A stretch of DNA of 63,889 nucleotides, filler included, from Candidatus Woesearchaeota archaeon (GTDB lineage: Archaea > Nanobdellota > Nanobdellia > Woesearchaeales > GCA-2685855), in NCBI GenBank assembly GCA_002685855.1. It is 4 parts of 4 records of this genome, joined end to end, with 100 filler letters (N's around TTAATTAATTAA, not from the genome) between each part and the next. Parts side by side here need not be neighbours in the genome. Positions count along the whole stretch, not along the records: positions 56,199 to 63,889 come from NYYS01000037.1; 3 more parts are not named here. One strand, 5' to 3'. Positions 56,255 to 63,889 of this stretch are shown one piece after another (position 1 is the stretch's first letter; each line of letters starts with the position of its first letter). Under the pieces are notes generated by a model that had not been told where the DNA came from, searched no databases, and saw nothing but the letters and a program-made list of their open reading frames with translations. The translations under genes were made by a program, and so were the position numbers.

Positions 56255-58810
56255 ATGTGTGCGGATCCTGTCGAAACAAGCTGTCCTGAAACCTCTTTTA
56301 ATATTTCAGAAAAAGAGAAGTATTACACAGGGGATGAAACTATTCGTCAATCTACCTGGCTGAGCTATTACGGAGAAGATCTCGGAAACAACACAGGGTA
56401 TCCCAATGTAACAACCTACTTGGTAAGCACAGACGGAACTCCTCCAGGGATAGAGATGGTTGTTACCTTGGCCGGGCAGATTGTTGTTCCGGCACTTGGC
56501 TATGATTGGCCGACCATGACGTATGGAGAGTATGAGGTTGAGATCACAGCGAACGAGGGGATGAGGCTGGAAAGTGTGATTATGGACAATGGAAAGAACC
56601 AGGTCACTCTTGATCTGGAAGAGAAAGAGGGCTACTATACTGAATGGAAGGCGTATGTGCACGTGAATGAAGATGACTTTGAGATTGAGGTAAGCAACTA
56701 TACGATTCTTGCAACAGGAAAAGACAAATTCGAGAATGAAGGGTCGGGTTTGTATACTGTCACTGTGGATTTGGTTAATCCGCCTGTGCCTGAGCTTGAT
56801 CCCTTATTAGAAGACTACAACTTTATGAATTATCCTCTTTCTGAAGAAGAGGAAGAAGGGTTCTACACTAATACTCCGACGTTGTATGTGACGGGGAAAA
56901 ATGCCTATCCTGATGAGATCGAGTTCTATCTTGATACGTCGATTCAGCATCCGCGTTGGCAGGCAGTCTATAATCAAACAGCGAATAATGCACAGTACAT
57001 CTATATTGAAGACACCACACAGTCAGAGAATGCGCTTATGGGAGATGAACATGTTAAGGTAAAGCTTTCTGCAAAGGAGGAAGCGTGGGATACGGTTCCT
57101 TTTGTCCAGCTTAACAGGGAACGATCGAGTTATATGCACTGGAGAGAATATTACACCTTGGATTCAGTAGAGTATGAAGAGCTTGAAACCTATGTTGTCT
57201 TAAATGTGAGTCCGCCTCTTGAACATGATCTGTTTGCACAACCGAGTCCGATGACAGCGCCAGAGGATGTGTTTGGTTTTGATAAAGTACATCCGTATGA
57301 CTGGTTTGGACAGAGTCTTGAGTTTATTAAAGGAAATAATAGCTTCTATGTCAAGGTTGTGAACATTCTTGGTATTCCTTCCAAAACAGATACGTTTAAT
57401 CTTATCTATGATCCTGACAGTCCATTAGCATTGGATAGATCTCCCTATCTGGAAAGTTTGAACGACCCTTCACGGAATATTACCTTCACATTACGTGATC
57501 TGGCAATAGATGAGGAGAGTGTCTCTGCTGTCCTGACAGATGAACTCTTAGCAGCTGTTGCAGGAACAGTGAGTTTTGAAAAGGTTCTTTCACCGGTGGG
57601 CTGCGGAGAGACCCATTGTACGTATGATTATCTGTATGTGTTTGATCCGGATTCTAATCTGACAGATGGCGTGTATAATATCACGCTGTATGCAGAGGAT
57701 AAAGCAGGGAATAATATTTCTTCTGAATGGTGGTTTGAGATGAGAAAGAATGCACCAAGCAATCCTGCCTTATACTATATTGAAAGTGCCGGTCACCAAC
57801 CGAGTCCGTTGGGTCACTGGTATACCTCTGCAACAACCGATCCCAAAGCCTATCTTGTCTATGCAAGTTCAGATATTATTATAGAGGATATTACATTTGA
57901 TGAACTTCCTCTGGCTGTAAATTGTGATTCTGTAGACTATGCAACACTTGCTGTAGACGTGCAAGAGCAGATCGAAGGTCAGTTGGGAACGTTTGTAGAA
58001 AGTACTGCATTCACGTGTACGTTTGATGGAACCTATGAAGAAGGAAATCATAGTCTTCGGGTTGATGCAGTCAAAGACCTTGGCGAAAACGAGTTTAGCG
58101 ATCCGGGCTTTAAGATCTTTAGCACGATTATTGATATAGAGCAGCCGATCTTTGATCTGGAGATGACGAATGTGACAAAGTCAAACAGGAGTGTTGATAT
58201 CAAAGCAACAGTGACAAATCTTGAACACGAGCTCCTTGCAAAAATCTCAGTAGATGGTGTTGAATCCGACTTAGAAGGTGTATATTCAGAGGGAAGCTTT
58301 ACCTTTGTTATTCCTAGTGACTTTGATTGGGGTGTTGCAGAGGGTGAAGAGGCATTGAAAACCGTTGGTATTACGATAACAGACTATGCAGGAAATGGAG
58401 ATGAAGTAACAAAAACGATCCTTGTAGATAATATCAAGCCCATCCTGATGCGTGTCCTTATCGAACCCAATTATATTAACGGATCAGGTGGGGAGTTTAT
58501 TGTTGGCGTTGCAGAGATTGTCATGGCGGGGGAAACGAGCTTGGACGCAGATAATATCTGTGCATTTGATGAAGAGGTAGAGCCGTTGGGAGAGGAGTGT
58601 GCAATCCGCTGTTCATCCTTGGAAGAAAACTGCATCAATGATGGGGATTTCAGACTATCAATTACTCTTCCAAGCTTTGTCGAAAACAATGAAACCGTTG
58701 CTGAGTTTTACCTGAGAGCAGTAGATCATGCAGAGAACGAATTCAATGTTACGCTTACTGTAGTAGCTGATGATATGCCTCCCTTAGAGCCCGAGATTAC
58801 CATCACCTAA
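56255..58810 (+). CDS. Large acidic surface protein with tandem Ig-like domains (probably 5' truncated)
   Basis: Repeated D-x-x-P-P linkers and A.D.AGN motifs (DGVYNITLYAEDKAGN, TDYAGN, AVDHAEN); many N-x-S/T sequons. Confidence 0.75.
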   Translation: MCADPVETSCPETSFNISEKEKYYTGDETIRQSTWLSYYGEDLGNNTGYPNVTTYLVSTDGTPPGIEMVVTLAGQIVVPALGYDWPTMTYGEYEVEITANEGMRLESVIMDNGKNQVTLDLEEKEGYYTEWKAYVHVNEDDFEIEVSNYTILATGKDKFENEGSGLYTVTVDLVNPPVPELDPLLEDYNFMNYPLSEEEEEGFYTNTPTLYVTGKNAYPDEIEFYLDTSIQHPRWQAVYNQTANNAQYIYIEDTTQSENALMGDEHVKVKLSAKEEAWDTVPFVQLNRERSSYMHWREYYTLDSVEYEELETYVVLNVSPPLEHDLFAQPSPMTAPEDVFGFDKVHPYDWFGQSLEFIKGNNSFYVKVVNILGIPSKTDTFNLIYDPDSPLALDRSPYLESLNDPSRNITFTLRDLAIDEESVSAVLTDELLAAVAGTVSFEKVLSPVGCGETHCTYDYLYVFDPDSNLTDGVYNITLYAEDKAGNNISSEWWFEMRKNAPSNPALYYIESAGHQPSPLGHWYTSATTDPKAYLVYASSDIIIEDITFDELPLAVNCDSVDYATLAVDVQEQIEGQLGTFVESTAFTCTFDGTYEEGNHSLRVDAVKDLGENEFSDPGFKIFSTIIDIEQPIFDLEMTNVTKSNRSVDIKATVTNLEHELLAKISVDGVESDLEGVYSEGSFTFVIPSDFDWGVAEGEEALKTVGITITDYAGNGDEVTKTILVDNIKPILMRVLIEPNYINGSGGEFIVGVAEIVMAGETSLDADNICAFDEEVEPLGEECAIRCSSLEENCINDGDFRLSITLPSFVENNETVAEFYLRAVDHAENEFNVTLTVVADDMPPLEPEITIT

Positions 58811-58825
58811 GATGCAGAAAAAGAG

Positions 58826-61800
58826 ATGGAAGCTCAAACAAAAAAGAGGTGGAGAGATAAAGGCAGGTTAGCCTTTCTTCTAGCTGTAGCTCTGTTTCTG
58901 AGTTTGAATCTTGTATCAGCGTATGATAATGTCACAACAGACACAAAACCTGTTATTACGTTTAACTATGGAGAGAAAGTTCTTGTAACCTTTGCAGAAC
59001 TAAAAGATCTTACAGAAGTTGTCTGGGAACTCGAATCACGACCCGATATCGGGGTGCAGTATAGTAGTCAGTATGAGTTTGAGCCGGTAAGTCATCTTCC
59101 AAACCAGGAATATGTTCTAACCATTACTGCAGAGGATCTGATTGGAAATGCTCGGACAACTGAATACCATTTTCTTGAGAATGCAAGCTACATGGATTTC
59201 TGGGTTAAAGCTCCTGCACCTGATTTTGCGAGCTTTCCTGATATTGGCGTAAGCGTTTCAAGCCCTTTTAATGCAACTATTGAATCAGAGGAAGCAGCAA
59301 CGTGTGAATGGGGCTTTAGTCCGAGTGCCTATCCCTACCAGTTTGATGACATTGTTGGAAACAATTATCTTTTGGAGGCTGTGAACGGGCTGGGAGGAAC
59401 AGCGGGAAGCGAAATCAGTGTTAAAAAAGACGACAATGCCGGAAATAATAATATTTTAACATCGATCTATCTCTTTTGCGAAGAGATTAGTCAACGACCC
59501 CACTTTGGGACAGTTCAACTTGGCTGGGATGATACGCCGCCAAGTATTGATGTAGAAGCAGTACCTAATCCTGTTGTTGATTTTATCGATCCCACAACAA
59601 AACTTTCTATCAAAAGCAACGATCCTTCCTACTGTACCTACAATCTCACACCCTTTCCCAGTATGAACAAAGCACAGCTGGATACCTATGTTGCAGAGAT
59701 GGAGAACACGATCGATTATACTGAGGTGACCTTGTTGCCGTTGGAGGAACGATTTTCTCCTCATGCCTATGTGTATGATATTACCTGTGTGAACTGGGCA
59801 GGACTTGAATATTCAACAAGTTACACTGTTACTGTTGATCTAGCAAAGGAGTTTGCAATAACTCTTATTGAACCCGAAGGGTATACAAACACTGAACCGG
59901 TTGTGTTTTCAATTGAAACACAAGTAACAACCGATGAATGCAGGTATGGAGAAACAGAACCAACCACGCCGTTTGTAAAAACAGGTCCACGAAGCTATAC
60001 AACTTCGTTGGCTTTACTTGAAGAAGGAACACATAGCTATCTTGTAGAGTGCAGCGGAAGTATTGGAACGCAGAGTTCAACGTTGAGTTTTGTTGTTGAT
60101 CGTACACCGCCGACAAAACCGGTGCTGAAGCCGGTTGATCCAACGTGCAGTTTGGAAGAGTTGCAAGTGGAAGCCATTTCAACAGATGAGGTTTCAGGTG
60201 TGGCCTATTATAATTATAGTGTAAAAAACGGAACAAAGATAGTTGTAGACTGGACGACGACAACAGGAGAGCAGATAACTGAATCTGTGTCGATGTCTGA
60301 AGGCGAGAAGTATTCCTGGCATGTAAAGGCAGTAGATAATGCAGGAAATATGGGCCTGGAAAGCACGGTGACTGTGATGGCAACTGCACAGAATGCATCT
60401 GACTGTGATACTACTCCTCCGATCGGAGGGATCACAAGTAATGCAACAGAGACAAGTATTGCGGTGAGTGTTACGTGTAGAGATGTAGGAACGGGCTGTA
60501 GTGATATATACAATTATAATTTTGTCCCTAATGGAAGCTGCAATGCATCGATGCTTGGTAAATATGCAGAACAGCCGCTTACCTTTTTGACAGAGGGAAC
60601 GTTCTGCTGGACGGTCTATGATCGAAATGAGAATACACATTCCGGAAGTGCATCGCTTTCTCTGGTTCCAAAGAACGAAAGTAGCCTGCCTGAAGAATGT
60701 TTGAATGGTGTGATGGATGGGAACGAGACCGATATTGATTGTGGTGGCGGTGAGTGTGAAGGTTGCGAAGTAGATGAGACCTGTATTTTGGATGATGATT
60801 GTAAATCAAAGATGTGTCCTGAAGGTATCTGTACTGAAGCAGCGTGTAATGATGGCTTGTTGAATGGAGATGAAAGTGATATTGATTGCGGAGGTAGTGA
60901 GTGTGAGCCCTGCGATAATGGAATGAACTGTACAGAGCATCCAGATTGTTTCTCTGAGTTTTGTTCACCTGAAACTGAAACGTGTGATGATAGCAGTTGT
61001 ACAGATGGTTTTAAGGGAGGAGATGAAACAGATATTGATTGCGGAGGAAGCTGTCCTGCGTGCGGTGAAGGAAACAAATGTATAGAAAATAGCGATTGTG
61101 ATACGGGAAATTGTGCGATGGGTGTCTGTGATGTTGATAGAGATGCAGATTCTGATGGAGATGGCATGCCAGACTATTGGGAAGAGGAAAACAGCTTTGA
61201 TCCGAACGATCCAAGTGATGCACTTGAAGATGCAGATGATGACGGCTTTACAAATCTGGACGAATATTATGAAGGAACAGATCCCTGGGATCCAGAAGAC
61301 CATCCCTATGTTGAGAAGAGCTCGCTTCTTGCACTTATCTTGCTTATTCTTGGTATTCTCTTATTTGTCGGAGGTATTGGATTCCTTGTTGCAGACAAGT
61401 ATATGGGTTTAACTGCGAGTAAGACAAAGCCGATGCCTGCACCCCGCTTACTTTCAGGGGAGAGAGGAAAGCCACCCGTGCTGCAAGCACGGCCGCAACA
61501 AAAACCTTCCAAAGAACAGGAGATCAGACAGGCCCTGGCACGTTTGAGACAGGCAAAGAAACAGGAGAAAAGAAAAACGCTCTTATCCACGTTTGGTAAG
61601 GAAGAGGAGGGAAAGGCTGCTACTGTGAAAAAGGTTCTTGGTGGAAAGGCAGCAGCAGGAAAGAAAGGAGAGACAGCCAAAACCAAAGAGAAACCTCTTA
61701 AAAAACTGGATGAAGGAAAAACAGAGGAGTTTATTCAGCTTGGAGACAAATTCGAGAAAGAGGATGTAGGAAAGGATGTCTTCCAGGAACTCGAAGAGAT

Positions 61801-62248
61801 GACAAAGGAGAAAGAACCTGCTAAGAAAGGGAAGACTCCTGAGAAAAAGACAGAAAAGAAAGAGCCCCCCAAGAAAAAAGAGACTAAGAGTGTTGGAAAG
61901 AAGAAGGTCATAAAAAAGAAAAAAGCTGTAAAGAAACTCCCTTCCTCTGCTATTGATAAGGATGTCTTTAACCAGCTCCAGGTAGAGACAGGGCATTCTA
62001 CAAAAAAATTAGAGTCTGTTGTAAAGAAAAAAGAGGTCAACACAAAGGATATGCTGAAAATCTTTGCGCAGACAACATCAAAGAAGCAGATCGATGCAAA
62101 TGTCTTTGAAACCTTGCTCTCAGAGCTCATGAAACGAGGAAAGGTGAACAAGCTCGAAATATCTGATATGGTGTTAGAGTTCTATGAGCAGGATCTGCTG
62201 ACAAAAAAGGATGTTCATTCTATTTTGACCAGGTTGAAGCTGATTTAA
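58826..62248 (+). CDS. Membrane-anchored surface protein: Ig/FN3-like domains, Cys-rich ETDIDCGG repeats, TSP3-like Ca-binding repeats, TM segment and charged cytoplasmic tail
   Basis: Signal peptide; DRTPP/DTTPP, AVDNAGN; three C-x-D/NG...E-T/S-DIDCGG repeats; DSDGDGMPDYWE, DADDDGFTNLDEY; TM LLALILLILGILLFVGGIGFLV. Confidence 0.85.
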   Translation: MEAQTKKRWRDKGRLAFLLAVALFLSLNLVSAYDNVTTDTKPVITFNYGEKVLVTFAELKDLTEVVWELESRPDIGVQYSSQYEFEPVSHLPNQEYVLTITAEDLIGNARTTEYHFLENASYMDFWVKAPAPDFASFPDIGVSVSSPFNATIESEEAATCEWGFSPSAYPYQFDDIVGNNYLLEAVNGLGGTAGSEISVKKDDNAGNNNILTSIYLFCEEISQRPHFGTVQLGWDDTPPSIDVEAVPNPVVDFIDPTTKLSIKSNDPSYCTYNLTPFPSMNKAQLDTYVAEMENTIDYTEVTLLPLEERFSPHAYVYDITCVNWAGLEYSTSYTVTVDLAKEFAITLIEPEGYTNTEPVVFSIETQVTTDECRYGETEPTTPFVKTGPRSYTTSLALLEEGTHSYLVECSGSIGTQSSTLSFVVDRTPPTKPVLKPVDPTCSLEELQVEAISTDEVSGVAYYNYSVKNGTKIVVDWTTTTGEQITESVSMSEGEKYSWHVKAVDNAGNMGLESTVTVMATAQNASDCDTTPPIGGITSNATETSIAVSVTCRDVGTGCSDIYNYNFVPNGSCNASMLGKYAEQPLTFLTEGTFCWTVYDRNENTHSGSASLSLVPKNESSLPEECLNGVMDGNETDIDCGGGECEGCEVDETCILDDDCKSKMCPEGICTEAACNDGLLNGDESDIDCGGSECEPCDNGMNCTEHPDCFSEFCSPETETCDDSSCTDGFKGGDETDIDCGGSCPACGEGNKCIENSDCDTGNCAMGVCDVDRDADSDGDGMPDYWEEENSFDPNDPSDALEDADDDGFTNLDEYYEGTDPWDPEDHPYVEKSSLLALILLILGILLFVGGIGFLVADKYMGLTASKTKPMPAPRLLSGERGKPPVLQARPQQKPSKEQEIRQALARLRQAKKQEKRKTLLSTFGKEEEGKAATVKKVLGGKAAAGKKGETAKTKEKPLKKLDEGKTEEFIQLGDKFEKEDVGKDVFQELEEMTKEKEPAKKGKTPEKKTEKKEPPKKKETKSVGKKKVIKKKKAVKKLPSSAIDKDVFNQLQVETGHSTKKLESVVKKKEVNTKDMLKIFAQTTSKKQIDANVFETLLSELMKRGKVNKLEISDMVLEFYEQDLLTKKDVHSILTRLKLI

Positions 62249-62290
62249 GCTATTTGAATCCACAATCCTTAAAAAGGATCGATTCTTAAA

Positions 62291-62776
62291 ATGAGGATGA
62301 AGCGAAAAGCACAGATGCAGCACGTTTTTATCTATATTATGGTGATGGTGGTGGTAGGGGGTATTCTTTTAGTGGGATATGGTTTTGTAAAGGATCTTCT
62401 GAGCAAAGGCTGTGAGGCAGAGTTGTTCTCTTTTAAGACAGATCTCCAGAAGATGACAAATACCTATAATAGTCATGGAAGTATGAATATTGAGAGTTTG
62501 AACCTTCCCTGTGAGTATACTGAGCTCTGCTTTGTTGATCGTGACAGTATCGGGAGTAGGGGTTTTAATTCACCGCATTCTTATATTGAGACGAGTGTTC
62601 AGTCAGGAGTGGATATGAACATTTTTCTGGTGGGACCGTCTGTTGAACCCCTGCTTTTTGCCCAAAAGGTGAAGTTGGAGAATATGGAATCAGATCTCTG
62701 CTTCAAGGCAAAGACAGGTATTGTCAAGGTGAAGTTTGAAGGAAAGGGCAGGACGATTAAGGTGACAGGGGTGTAG
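62291..62776 (+). CDS. Class III signal peptide (pilin-like) protein
   Basis: KRKAQ-MQHVFIYIMVMVVVGGILLVGY. Confidence 0.75.
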   Translation: MRMKRKAQMQHVFIYIMVMVVVGGILLVGYGFVKDLLSKGCEAELFSFKTDLQKMTNTYNSHGSMNIESLNLPCEYTELCFVDRDSIGSRGFNSPHSYIETSVQSGVDMNIFLVGPSVEPLLFAQKVKLENMESDLCFKAKTGIVKVKFEGKGRTIKVTGV

Positions 62777-62777
62777 G

Positions 62778-63845
62778 ATGATTTTTAACAGGAAAAAAGG
62801 CGCGATTGAGATGTCCTTTACCTGGATCTTTATTCTTGTAGGGGGTGCAGTTTTTCTTTTGTTCTTTGTCTTCCTGATAAAGGGAATGACCTCCTCTTCA
62901 GAGCGAGAGGTAAGCTATGCAGTGGGGCAGAATATTGATACAGTGTTGCGGAACACGATGAAAAGCCCGAATACGTATAAGGATTTGCAGATACCTGATA
63001 TGGATATTACCTTTGAATGTGATTCGGTTTTAGGAATTTCAAACTATGAAATTGGAAAATCGGGCATGACACAGCCAACAGACGAATTAGCAATCTTTAC
63101 AGTAAAGGACTTTAAAGGACCTGAGATGCATGCCTGGAACCAGGAGTTTGTTTTAGGATACAAGATTACCGATCTCTTGATGTTAAATGATGGAAGATCA
63201 CAGTTTGTATTTGTTGAGGACACAACAGGATATGCACAGGAGTTGTATGATCAATTTCCCTTGGATGATGATGTTGAGCTTGATCAGAGAAAGCTGAAGA
63301 TTATGTCAGCAACAACAGATATTGCTTCGACCCCTTTTGAACGAACGGTCTTTATTACTGTGAATGGTGAACATGATGTGGGTCCTCCCTCTGATTCCAA
63401 ATCAGAGAACGTACGCATAGATATAGAACCTTTTAGTTATGGGCTTGATGGAGATGGAGCAGTTCACTTTTATTATGATGATGGAGGAAGTTGGATGTCT
63501 GATGGTAGTTCGGCCTATCTTACCCGGCCGGTCCTATGGGCAGCGATCTTTTCAGAAAATGCAGCAAGTTTCAACTGTAATATGGATAAAACCATGGAAC
63601 GCTTTCAGTTCCTAACAATTCTTGCAGAAAAAAGACGAGAACAGATACGGGAAGCAGTAGGATCTGATCATGACTGTTATGCACTCTATGTTACTCCGGA
63701 AGTAAGTTTTCAGGTCTATTTAGAGCAGATAGGAAATCAGGTCTATAAAGACATGGATGTGGGTGTAGTTTGGAATGAATACCTGAATCTGGAACGAGAT
63801 AATGATGATCTCTTACGGGGAAGGAACTGTCCACCTGTCTATTAA
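62778..63845 (+). CDS. Class III signal peptide (pilin-like) protein
   Basis: KKGA-IEMSFTWIFILVGGAVFLLFF. Confidence 0.75.
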   Translation: MIFNRKKGAIEMSFTWIFILVGGAVFLLFFVFLIKGMTSSSEREVSYAVGQNIDTVLRNTMKSPNTYKDLQIPDMDITFECDSVLGISNYEIGKSGMTQPTDELAIFTVKDFKGPEMHAWNQEFVLGYKITDLLMLNDGRSQFVFVEDTTGYAQELYDQFPLDDDVELDQRKLKIMSATTDIASTPFERTVFITVNGEHDVGPPSDSKSENVRIDIEPFSYGLDGDGAVHFYYDDGGSWMSDGSSAYLTRPVLWAAIFSENAASFNCNMDKTMERFQFLTILAEKRREQIREAVGSDHDCYALYVTPEVSFQVYLEQIGNQVYKDMDVGVVWNEYLNLERDNDDLLRGRNCPPVY

Positions 63846-63889
63846 TGATTGAAAAAGGAAGAGGAAAAGAGTAGAAAAAGAAGAAGAAA

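Noticed and set aside
1..63889. CRISPR array, cas genes, integrase, transposase, rRNA
   Set aside because: No regularly spaced repeats or recognisable motifs found by eye

Overview
Archaeal genomic DNA, most likely a DPANN lineage such as Woesearchaeota. This is inferred from TFIIB, archaeal uS12, SRP54, Elp3, Taw3, Pth2, class III signal-peptide pilin-like genes, compact gene packing and bacterial-type ackA/fbp/lysS. The window is four contigs joined by artificial 100-bp N-TTAATTAATTAA-N spacers (18695-18794, 40389-40488, 56099-56198), so adjacency across these points means nothing. The best candidate for an undescribed system is a five-gene overlapping operon at 34284-39251 that looks like a ubiquitin-like conjugation pathway. 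It encodes a divergent beta-grasp protein ending GG-NVD, a coiled-coil/E2-like protein (HPF-x8-C), a double-ThiF E1, a JAB/JAMM protease and a membrane-anchored protein. Other notable observations: two tRNA genes (Thr-GGU, Gly-UCC) each split by three BHB-type introns; glnA interrupted by an in-frame TGA; a receiver-guanylate kinase fusion; a kinase-MGMT fusion; a proteasome-beta/Ntn-like ORF whose stop codon lies inside tRNA-Arg; an MNT module with a palindromic operator; an ART-like protein; and extreme strand compositional skew. All protein calls come from motif recognition by eye, not from database searches.
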